Assembly (NCBI RefSeq): GCF_001447785.1
Contig: NW_015167130.1
Span: 23,973 to 86,120, forward strand
Origin: Gekko japonicus
Taxonomy: Eukaryota
Reading direction: 5' to 3'
Length of the DNA: 62,148 bases
Part shown: positions 12,780-24,058 of the stretch, piece after piece
Layout: the number at the start of each line of letters is the position of its first letter
Position numbering within the stretch: position 1 is the first letter of the stretch
Position numbers and translations under genes: made by a program
Notes under the pieces: model-generated
What the model saw: the letters and a program-made list of their open reading frames with translations, nothing else
Database searches by the model: none
Told to the model about the DNA's origin: nothing

Positions 12780-14217
12780 GATGAACCATTGGTCTGACCC
12801 AGGAAGGCTCTTATGTTCTATACTTGTAACATATTTTTAGAACAACTGTGTGGTACTTTGCTTTCTGCCACAGGAAAAAAAAATGATTTGTCAAGCTGTG
12901 TATGGAACAATATCAGTAAAGAAAGCAGTTTGTAAATCTCAGAATAAATCGCCTGAATGATTTTTAAAACATCTTTTCTTTCTAGCTCCACCAATTCCTT
13001 CGACATATTTCATTTAACAACTCAGCAGGAGAAGTGGTGTCTTTTAATTATAATAAGGAAATAGGAGGTGGCTTTGATATCATGAACTTGGTCACATTCC
13101 CCAACAAGTCTTATGATAAAGTGAAAATTGGGAAGGTGGATCCAGATGCTTTTGAAGGAGAGGAATTGATCATTGATGTGGACAGAATTGTGTGGCAGAG
13201 CCAATTTAACCAGGTAAATATTTTGGGATGTTCACAGAGGTGCTCTGGCATTGGGTCAGAGACTCCAAGATGGGGGACGGGGTTCTTTCCTGTATAGCAG
13301 GACAGCAGGACTCTTATAATGGATGACTTGATAATGTTATGAATTTGACAAAAGCAATGTAGCAACAGAGTGTCAAGTATCTCCAGTCATAGCCATTTTT
13401 TTAAATGTATGTGTTCTACATGTGTGCATACTGTTGATTATATTTTGTATATTTATTGAAATGTGGTATGTTTATGAACGAATCAGATGTATTTCTGAAT
13501 ATCTCTGCCAGTTGTAAAAAGTTCATGCTGAGCTTCTGTTTCCCTTCCTGTTTGCAGCTTGGCTAGAAGTGCAAGTCTTTTGCTGCTCGGCAAAGACAAG
13601 AGCCAAGGGTTCTTAGTCTTAAACTGTAAATTAGCTGGCCAGTGGTTCTAGGAACAGTCCAGGAGTTTGCATTGTATACTTGCTTTTCTTCTTCTTCTTT
13701 TCTATAAACCATTTTAGGCCTCCATTGGAGGGGTTGTGATTTATATGCCTAGATATATAAATGCCTTGATTTGTTCTATGGAATGAGCCACTATGCTGAG
13801 TAGTCTGTTGCGTGTATGTATTGGATAGTTTGCAAAGTTGCACTTGCCCAGCATAGCTAATATTACTGCTATATGCTTGTCCACATCCCTCCTTCTTTCA
13901 GCTTAGTGGAAATAAAGCTCTTTGAATAATAAAACTTTTATCATCCTGACCATATAAATTATGAAAAGCATTCAACATTTATTTTGCTATCTTTAGTATC
14001 TTAATATGCACAACTCAATCACTAGATTTGCATTGAACAATGAAATTCTTCCCTTACTGTTTAGTTTGTTCCACTGTGCAATCTCAGTCTCTCCTGTCAC
14101 TGGAGGATCAGTGTTAAGGGACATTTCTGCTCCTTCATCCTCCAACTTAACTAAGTCATGGAGACCAGTTCTCTCTCATACACTCTGGACTCATAATTTG
14201 TATCTCAGCCCAAAGGT

Positions 14218-14908
14218 TTATTTATTTATTTGTTTGTTTATTTATACATTCGGCTTATATACCGCCCTGACCACGAAGGGTCTCTGGGCGGTTTACATAG
14301 AAGTGTAAGTCTACTTTTTCACTATCTATGGCCACATCGTACAGGGGCGGGGCTGCCTATCAGCACCCAGGTGGTGGGGCTTGCTATTCTCCGGCTCGGC
14401 TCCTTCTTCTTCCGGCGGTCTTCGGGGTCGGTACTTCCGTCCTGGTGGCCAGGAATAGGTCTTTCCAATTTTGGTCGCTTTCTTTTGGCGGGCCCATCTG
14501 GTGCGCAGTTCGCATCAGCGCGGCTCCGGCTAACGTCCATTTCGGCTCTGCCGAGCCTGCGCCTCCACGTCACCACGCCTTCCGTCTTCACCTCTGCCGT
14601 CATCCGTTCCACCGCTTGATGTTGCACTTGCTTGCCACCAGGGCTCGCTCCCGCCGATCTCACTGCCACTGCTAGTCACTCTGCCGCTGCCTATGCTCCC
14701 ACCAAGCCTTGCAATGGAGGAGGGTGCCCCCTGCTACCTAGGGCAGGTACCAATTTATCTACTCGCTTGATGTTACTACTTACGAACTGCTGGGTGGGCG
14801 GGAGCTGGGACTAAGACCGGGAGCTAACCCAGGCCGCGGTGGGTCTCGAACAGCCATAGTGGCTGTTCATTGTTATTACAGCAGGCATTTTACCGCCTGC
14901 GCCACCGC
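14218..14908 (-). mobile_element. Long tRNA-derived SINE with an L2-type tail, specific to copy 1
   Basis: Absent at the paralogous site ~38531. Minus strand has A box TGGCGCAGGCGG, B box GTTCGAGACC, and 3' TGTAAACCGCCCAGAG...GGGCGGTATATAA(ATAA)n. Confidence 0.75.
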
Positions 14909-17900
14909 TGCTGCACATGGGGCTGGAAAAGATATGGGTCTAGTTCCATTGTCTCATCACTGGTAAAGTTGTTATGCTTTGCTGCTCAGGCCAAAAAAAG
15001 AAAAGAAAAGAGCAAGCAAACAAGAAAACTAGAATTTTAAATTCACTCTGGGCCGATAACCCTATTGAGTATATGGGATAACCTATTGGGTATATGGGAT
15101 AACCCTATTGGGTATTAATTCAGCAAAGTTTCCTAATTAAGAATCAGTGGAACCACATGCGGTTAAACCCATTTCAATCCAGTATATCACAACAAATAAA
15201 GAACTTACTTTTATTGTATTTTATTCCTATTTAGGTGCTGTTTGTAGGAGAAAACAGAAGCCAATTCTAAGTATTTCCTATTACAAGTGACTGACTAATC
15301 CAGCAGTTTGTGTTTTAAGTATGAAGTCATAGGTGTGTTCCTGGCTTGCTTTCGCAGGACAGAATAAAGAAATTCCAGTCCCCCTAATGATTGGGGGGGG
15401 GGATCATCATGACCATTAACAAAAAAACCCCACAAACTCATGTCTTCTATACTAAATTCCTTCCATTGTGTTGGATAGGTAGTGCCAATTTCACTGTGCA
15501 ATGACTACTGTCCCCCTGGTTCTCAGAAGCAAAAGAAGGAAGGGGAGCAGTTTTGCTGCTACAATTGTGTTCCATGCCCAGCTGGAAAGATATCCAACCA
15601 GAAAGGCAAGTGATGTAATGTGCTCCATTTATTCTAACATGTGACCTTAATTCTCAAGTTGTAACTGATGAAAGTGTGACAATGGATTGTATCATCCAGC
15701 CCAAAGATTAGGCAAATTTTGCCACATGGTCAAAAATCCAGGAAACTCCATGTTTTTAAGAGCTGTCAGATCACCCTTCCTGATGTGGTTCATAAGTAAT
15801 GAGAAAATCAAGTGAAGTCTATGCATCTGTGAATCACATTTTAGCTGACAACAGGGAAGAATGTAAACAAATTTCACAAATGTGTTCTTGAATCCAGGGC
15901 TCTGGTTTTTCATGACACTGAAGTCATTGTTGTTTCTTGGATATATGTTTTAAAAAATCATAGAAATATTTGCTGGGATCCTAAGCTTTACATTCATTTG
16001 CACTTTGCCTTCTCCATGGTGGATATTACACAGTATTCTATAGTGAAGTGCTTTTCAGATCATTGAAACAGGCTGGTGTTAGAGAGAGCACCTAGCACAG
16101 GAGGAGCATGAAACCCAGTGGATGACCGCACAACAACTAGATCTCTCAGCAGGTTTTGATACCATCAAAACCTAATATCCTACTGGGCTGCCTCTCAGTA
16201 CTGAAACTAAGGCAAACAAAACTAATTTAAGGATTGGAAGAAAGGATTATAACCTCACAAAATTCGAGAAGTGAACCTCAAGGTTCACAATCATCAATAC
16301 ATGTGTGATCTATTCCTTGGTGATAGGTGTACCTGAAGTACCTAGTTTGGAATGACATCTATAACCAACACAATCATATTATGAATGCAACCTTCCTGTG
16401 TGTTTATTCATTAAAAAAATGCTTTCCCAGTATTTGTTATAACTGACATTTTATTAGGTGTGTTTAAATATAACTAATTATCTGCCATGTACATAATAGC
16501 AAGAAAAGTGACACCAGAAATAACTGAAATGTGTGTAAGAATTTTAAAATGACTTTATGTGATGATGTCCAGAACTAGAACCAGCAATGAGAAATCAGCA
16601 TTGAGAAAGGCTTTGAGATTTCCACATCAACTACAATTGGAAGTAAATTGGTATATGTGTTGGCACTGAACAAGTGCCTTTTCTTTTCTCTTTCTTTCTT
16701 AGATATGGAGGACTGTATCAAATGCCCAGAAGACCAATATCCAAGCAAGGACCAAGATCAATGTTTTCCCAAGACAATAAGCTTTCTGTCTTACGGAGAA
16801 CCTCTGGGGATCATTTTAACCTCTGTTACCATTTCTTTTTCAGTAATCACTGTGTTGGTGCTGGGAATTTTTATTAATCACAGAGATACTCCCATAGTCA
16901 AAGCCAACAACCAGAATATCACCTATGCTCTGATAATCTCTCTCTTTTTCTGTTTTGTTTCTTCTTTGCTCTTCCTTGGACAACCTACCAAGGTGACCTG
17001 CTTCCTCCGGCAATCTGCTTTTGGCATCATATTCTCCGTGGCTGTTTCTTGTGTCTTGGCCAAAACCATCACTGTAGTTGTAGCTTTCATGGCCACCAAA
17101 CCAGGATCTGGGCTGAGGAAGTGGGTAGGGAAAAGAATGACCAACTCCATTGTCCTTTCCTGCTCCATTATCCAAATCTGCATTTGCGCAGTGTGGCTAG
17201 GAACTTCTCACCCTTTCCCAGATTTGGACACCAAGTCAATGACTGAAGAGATCATAGCAGAATGTAATGAAGGGTCTGTTGTCATGTTTTATATTGTTCT
17301 GGGCTACTTGGGACTTCTGTCCACCATCAGCTTGATTGTGGCTTTCATTGCCCGAAAGTTACCAGACAGTTTCAATGAAGCCAAGTTCATCACCTTCAGC
17401 ATGCTGATGTTTTGTAGTGTTTGGCTCTGTTTTGTTCCAACCTATCTGAGCACCAAAGGGAAATCCATGGTAGCTGTGGAGATCTTCTCTATCTTGACCT
17501 CCAGTGCTGGGTTATTGGGCTGCATCTTTTCCCCCAAGTGCTACATTATTGTTTGGAGGCCTGAGATGAACAAAAGGGAAAACTTAATGCAGAGAATGAA
17601 TTAATAAATCTTGCCCTCCTGTGATTTCTTCTGCTTCTCATTCAGTATCCAATTATCAGTCATTTTCATTAACACAGGAAGTTATGTGGATTTGCAAGAG
17701 AACAGAGCAGGCCTACCTCTAATCTTATCTAGGAAAAAACCCATTCATCTGTCCATCTCTTTGTCCTTCCATTTGTTCATCTTTCTCTTTATTTCAAGCA
17801 TAGATGCTCGGAAAATAAAGTTTGGTGGCTCAATCCTGGCCACCATCTTTGGGATGACCATGGCAGATGGAGTGTCAAACATGAAGGAAATTGGGATACC

Positions 17901-18229
17901 CTTGCCTACACAATCCCAAGAAACATTCACTTATCTGAAATTAAAACTAGGAGGCTCAGCATTACCCTCTAGCTTCAGAATGACCGTAAGAACTGTTGTG
18001 CCCAAAATGTGGGGAACTCGAACATCGTGCCCTCAGTTATTTCTACAAACCTCCTCACTCCCAATGGAAGCTCAGGTTGTTTGTGTCAGGCATAACTCAA
18101 CCAAATCGGTCATTGGCTTTGAGATTATCATTTTTGGCCTCAAAATCGGTCATTGTCTTTGAGATTATCATTTTTGGCAAGTGATTCCAATGATCATCTC
18201 GAAGCCTGTGGCCAATTTTAAGACCCTGA

Positions 18230-20716
18230 TGGATCTGTGCCGGCGCAGCAACGGGCAGGGGGTGGCTCGCTCTGTGCCGCCTGAACCTTCTTTGGACTTT
18301 ACCAAGCCTCCCGAGCATCAGGAGAACTTGGCCAGCATGCTCGAGTGAGGGCTGGAGTAAGGGGTGTCTTTTTTGGCCCCTCCCACACTTGGAAAAGTGG
18401 GGGGGTGTCCAGAAACAGCCCTGATTCAGGACCATTTGAAGGGGAAGAACATGGCTGCCATGTTCGGACTAGCCACAGCCATCCGGACTTTTTAATTAAA
18501 AGAAGATGAAACAGACTACTAACATGGCAACACGGGAGAGGAAAGTTTGAGTAACTGCATTTGGAGTGCATTTGGAGTGCTAAAGAAAATCCCCAAAATG
18601 GAAATGTCCAAGCTGGGAGGCTGGGAGAAATAAGGGACGGAAGGCTGTGCGCTTACCTGTGGCGGGGAAGAAAAGATAGAATTGTTGGCGTGTTTGCATT
18701 TATTGAACTGGTGCTGTTGTTAAAGAGATATAAAGAAGAAATTGGTTGAAGGAAAGCATTACGGAGAGAAGTTTGTGTCGGTGGGGAACAGGTTTAGGAG
18801 AGCGTTGGTGAAAATGGCGGATGAGATGGAAATTAAACAGGAGTACGATGAAAATACTGAGGTGGGTGAACTAACTATTGAGCAGTTCCTAAGAATTTTG
18901 AGAAATGTGGTCCAAAAAGAATGCAAAGAGGCTTGTATGAAACTAGCAGAAAAATTGGACAATATCCAGATAGGAGCGGAAAAGACAGAGGAAGGGGAAC
19001 AACCCATTGTGAAGGAACTAGATGAACTGCAAATGGAAAGCTGCGCTGACTTTAAGGAAGAAAAACTGGAGTCTGTACAAGAGAAGGAATATCAACCAAG
19101 GGAACGAGATGGATAGAGATTTATCAAGTGAAAGAGTTGGAAAGAGACTTAAAAAAAATTGTGATGTGCTAAATCAGGACTATTTAAACATAACAAGCGA
19201 GGGATGAAGTATGAGAGAGAAAGAGATGGAAGGACCAAAAAATGGAAAAGACGGGCTTGGAGGTTTAAAGAGGACAGTAAAAGACTGAAAGCAGAATGGC
19301 GGAAAAAGAGCAAGGAGAAGCTGGGGAAACAAAGAAGGCACAAAGAGCGAAGACATGTGGATATGTTGGAGCAGAAAAATAGACTGTTGATGTTTAAGAG
19401 AAAGAATAAACTATATAGAAAAGATAAGTGGTGTATACCCTATACATGATTAGATGGAATAATTGACAGTGAAAGTATTTATTTTTGTATATTGTCTTCC
19501 ATGATTTTTAATGTTATTTTTAATTGTGAGCTTTATTGTAGAACAGGAGGGAAAAATTAATTTAGAAACGGATTTAGTGTGAAATGGGACATTGATTGGA
19601 CCTTTCTGAAAATCATTAATAAAGTAATAATTAAAATAAAATATTGGAAAAAGAAATAAGTTGGTAAACTGTATAGAAAATTAGATTGTTGAAGTTTAGG
19701 TGGAAAATTACATATATAGAAAGATAGAATGATTGGTTTACAGATGATTAGATGGACTAATGAACTTGAAGATATATAATTTTGTATATGTTTTTGTTTT
19801 GTGTGTTTGTGTGTCCTTGAGGTCCCTTAATTTATGTTTTGATGGTCTTAGAATAATAGGATGGAATATTTAACCCAGATAAAGATTTAATGAAATATTG
19901 GGTAACAATAGGATCTTTATGAGGATTACTAATGAATTAATAATAAAAATAAATTATTGGAGGGGATAATGAATTGGTAAATTAAGGATGTAAATTTTAA
20001 AGTATGTGATAAAATCAAAGGGATAATGTTTATTTAAATATGTACTTAATTATAAATGTATAGTGATATAAGAAAGCTCAGAAGTGAGAAGATCATGTTT
20101 AATCCGGATAAGATAGTACATTACATTGATGGTCGATGAGGAACAACTTGGGAATAAATAAAGAAAGGTGAAGATCTGGTAGAAAAGAGTTGAAGATGAT
20201 TGGTGCAGTTATAAAGAAAATGTGTGTTTAAGATCAGGAGAGTGAATCTAGTAGTTAAAATTGTGATAAAGCGTCAGAGGAAAGGTTTAATTAATATATA
20301 GGAGATGAAGAGGTATCAAGAAACCAAAGATATAAAAAGAAAATAATGGGAAATAAATAAATATTATATTAAACTCTGTTTTCATACCTGAAATAAGAAT
20401 TAAAAGACTACTAAAGGTTGGAAGAAAGTTGGTAACATATAAGAAGAAGAAGTCAAACAGGATGTTAAATATGCTTTATATTGCCAATAAGAATTTGTAG
20501 GTTAATTGAGGCAGTATATTAATTTCAAAGACAGGTAAAAGAACAAGAACAAGATATATATTTGTGTTATTTTGGATGTTTGATTGACGATTCTGTGTTG
20601 CTGGAAATGAAAAATGAATATAGAGGATTTGTATGTAGTCTTGATGAACGGGAATTTGTGTATGACACAGGCTTATATGATAAAACTCTAATAAATATAT
20701 TTGCAAAAAATAATAA
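18230..20716 (+). mobile_element. Non-autonomous L1-like retroelement (~2.5 kb), present only in copy 1
   Basis: TSD TTAAGACCCTGA at 18218-18229 and 20717-20728. AATAAA plus A-rich tail, GC-rich 5' end, and a short coiled-coil-like ORF from ATG 18814. No RT motif seen. Confidence 0.7.
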
Positions 20717-21160
20717 TTAAGACCCTGACTTTATCTTCAGGTAAGTTATGCTTGCTACAGAAAACTTTCGCTTCCATTGCAAAGCTAAATGTGATGTGTG
20801 TGAGGAGATTATGCAGAGAAGGCAGGGGAGGTTGTTCAGATTCCCTTAATTGTTGGCCCTATAGCTCCCATCATCCTCTTGAAGCAGGTGGACAATTTTG
20901 AAACCCCTAGTTTTATTTTCTGATGAGTTAGGCCTGTCAGAGACAAATATAGCTTCCAGTGCCAGAAGTGGTGAAGGGGATGTTTCTGTACGTCTAGATG
21001 TTCCAATTCCCATTACATTTGGCATTGTAATGCCCATGATCAAGCAGCAGCCAGTGTCCAATAGTAAGTCTCCAGCCTTTATTTTTAGAGGCATTATGCA
21101 TGCAACAGACAGACTGGCTGGCAGATGGACAGAAGGATGGACAGAGAAATGGACAGATCC

Positions 21161-22088
21161 TTTTTTTTAAGCCCCCGGAGGGCATTTTTTATTGCATTTT
21201 CTATAGATTACTAACTACAATGAAAAAAGGGAAGGGACAGGTACATCTAAGGGAGAAAGGAAAGAAAACCACTACTAACTAAAACCCCAAGTATTGGAGA
21301 TCATTTCAATCGCTTATATCAGTATTAGTCTAAAGATGCTAAAATCATATTGAACATGGTCAATTAAGCTATGATATTAATCTTCATATCGATTGGTTAC
21401 ACTGTTTTAAGAGAGTCACCAGAGCATCATTGATAATAAAAGCTTATAAGGCACAATTCAGAGTTCTTCAGTCATTATTTTGTTTTATCTTTTCTTATCA
21501 ATTGATAAATTCGTTTGGGGGCCGCCACCCCCTTTTCAGAAGCAGAGTCCTCATCAGAACAATCCTCGCTTGGTTTGCTGTCCTCATCCTCTCTGCCGTC
21601 CTCTCCCGAATCTCCCAGTTGCAGTCTCAGAAACTGACATACTTTAGAAACAGAGTCATTTTCTTCTTCTTTTTTATCCTTTAATTTGAAAAGGACACAC
21701 TTAGGGAATCAACCACATATAAGGAATGCTGTTTGTTTGCAAGAACATAATCAAGTCCTTATATTTCTGTCTCTTTTTTCTTATTTCAATAGGAATATCT
21801 TTTAGAATTCTGATGGTGTTGTCTCCAATTTTTAAGGGTGCTCCTGATGTTACTTTCAGTATTTGATCCCGCACATGTCTCTTCAAGAATCTTATCACTA
21901 TTTCCCCAGGCAGGTTATTTTTCTTGATGTATACCGAGTAGGCTCTATAAGCCACATCCATTTCGTTTATAAGATAGTCCATTTTTAAATCTGCAATTGG
22001 GGCAAGCGCATCACTTAGAAGTTGTTTCAGATTCTCATCTTTAGCCTCAGGGACACCTTGGAACGAGAGAACTAGGTTGGTTTTTTCT
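21161..22088 (-). mobile_element. 3' half of the HAL1-like ORF1-only element, truncated by the duplication junction
   Basis: Matches 42166-43090. Encodes L1-ORF1-like FQGVPE...IVIRF...ILKDIP...YMWLIP. Confidence 0.75.
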
Positions 22089-23150
22089 CTTTCTCTCCCT
22101 TCACAGCAATGCAGGCCAGCAAACATCCCCATTTCAGAGTACTTAACTCCCACATGGATCTGGTAGGGGGAGACAGGTGGTGACAATGCAGGCTTCAACT
22201 ACTAAGGCTTCATCTGACTGGCTACTGGGCAAACTTCCCCCTGCAGACCAGTGCTCAAACCAGCCGCTGGCAGCTGAAGCCACATTCTGCATTGATGGTG
22301 GTCCTGGTGGCAGCAGGCATGGGTCTTGCAGTGGCGGTCCCAGTATCCCAGTGGATGGTTATTGGTATGCCGGTCATTGGCATGGCAGCTTCCCTCACAT
22401 ATCTGTCTTTTTTTGGCAGTCTCAGCGGTGGGGTCAGTTATTGCTGTGACAGCTTCCCTTGGGGCCTCAGTAAGTCTGTTCTCTGCACAGAACAAGCAAT
22501 TTAACTTTTGGGGTGATTTAAGTATCCCCTGTATACTTTTAAAAAACGTTACATTTTTTCTGCATGGCTGGGGAGTGCCCCAAGTTTGCAGAAAAGTCTC
22601 TTTACCCTCATCCCCCCTATCTGTGGAAATAAGTATCTGCACATGGGGGCATGTTGGAAATTAGACATATAGACAGTATGACAGTCATTGGCATGGCAGC
22701 TTCCCTCACACCTCTGTCTTTTTCTGGCAGTCTCAGCAGCGGGGTCAGTTATTGCTGTGATAGCTTCCCTTGGGGCCTCAATAAGTCTGTTCTCTGCCTT
22801 ACTGAGCAATTTTACTTTTGGGGTGATTTAAGTATCCCCTGTATACTTTCAAAAAATGTTACATTTTTCTGCACAACTGGGGAGTTCTCCGAGTTTGCAG
22901 AAAAGTCTCTTTTCCCTCTGTGGAAATAAGTATCTGCACATGGGGGCATGTTGGAAATTAGATATATAGATTGTGTACGAGAATCTTAAAATGTCTTTTT
23001 GTGTGATCACCTGTAGACCTAGGACCAACATTAAGAAATCAAAATCCAAAAAGTCTCAGAGGTTCCTTAAACCAAAATAGTAACTGATCAGAATCAGATA
23101 TGTGTTACCACTGAAACTCTTCATTCTTTTCCTTTCCTTTCCTTTTTTAG

Positions 23151-24058
23151 ATATGGAAGACTGTATCAAATGCCGGGAAGATCAATATCCAAACAAGGAC
23201 AAAGATCAATGTGTTCTCAAGACAATCAGCTTTCTCTCTTATAAAAAAACCATAGGGATCAGTTTAGCTTCAGTTGCACTTTCTTTTTCCCTGATCACAG
23301 TGTTGGTGCTGGGATTTTTTATTAAGCACAGAGATACCCCTATCATCAAAGCCAACAATCGGGATATCACCTATACTCTTCTTATCTCTCTCCTGATCTG
23401 CTTTCTTTCTTCTTTTCTGTTCCTTGGAGAACCTACCAAGGTGTCCTGTTTCCTCCAACAATCTGCTTTTGGCATCATCTTCTCAGTGGCTGTTTCTTGT
23501 GTGCTGGCTAAAACCATCACTGTGGTTGTAGCTTTCATGGCCACCAAGCCACGGTCCAGCATGAGGAAATGGGTGGGGAAAAAACTGTCCAACTCTGTCA
23601 TCCTTCTTTGCTCCCTTATTCAAGCAGGCATATGTGTGTTGTGGCTCAGAACCTCTCCCCCATGCCCAGATTTAGATATGAAGTCCCTGGATACACGGAT
23701 GGTAGCACAATGTAATGAAGGGTCTGCCATCATGTTTTATAGTGTTTTGGGCTACTTGGGGCTTCTGTCCCTCGTCAGCTTGACTGTGGCTTTCCTGGCC
23801 CGGAAACTTCCAGATATGTTTAATGAGGCCAAATTTATCACCTTCAGCATGCTGATGTTTTGCAGCGTTTGGCTATGTTTCGTCCCAACCTATCTGAGCA
23901 CCAAAGGGAAATATATGGTAGCGGTGGAGGTCTTCTCTATCTTGGCTTCCAGTGCTGGGTTACTCGTTTGTATTTTTTCCCCTAAATGCTACATAATTTT
24001 GTTGAGGCCTGAGATGAATAAAAGAAAAGTTATTACGAAGAGTAAATTAAGGAATTAA
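23151..24058 (+). pseudogene. V2R: V2R A', orphan duplicated 7TM exon
   Basis: Near-identical to 3497-4398, with no exons 1-5 between 17604 and 23151. A 2-bp deletion at ~24028 shifts the C-terminus. Substitutions EP>KT, WLG>WLR and LPDT>LPDM affect conserved sites. Confidence 0.8.

Larger units (their letters stand above)
7498..17604 (+). pseudogene. V2R: V2R gene B, six exons, frameshifted pseudogene
   Basis: Exons 7498-7709, 10633-10928, 11234-12079, 12986-13213, 15479-15605 (GC donor) and 16703-17604. Exon 2 is 296 bp versus 292 bp in C and D: a 4-bp ACAA duplication at ~10749-10756 gives TGA at 10757-10759. Exon 3 is 18 bp shorter than in C (in frame). Confidence 0.9.
2594..22088 (+). 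repeat. Tandem segmental duplication, copy 1
   Basis: Collinear high identity with 22089-43090 across exons, introns and shared transposon insertions. Confidence 0.9.

Noticed and set aside
17611-18162. 183-aa ORF after gene B (181 aa after gene C)
   Set aside because: Lies in the 3' UTR or flank with non-ATG starts, different ends in the two copies and no motif.
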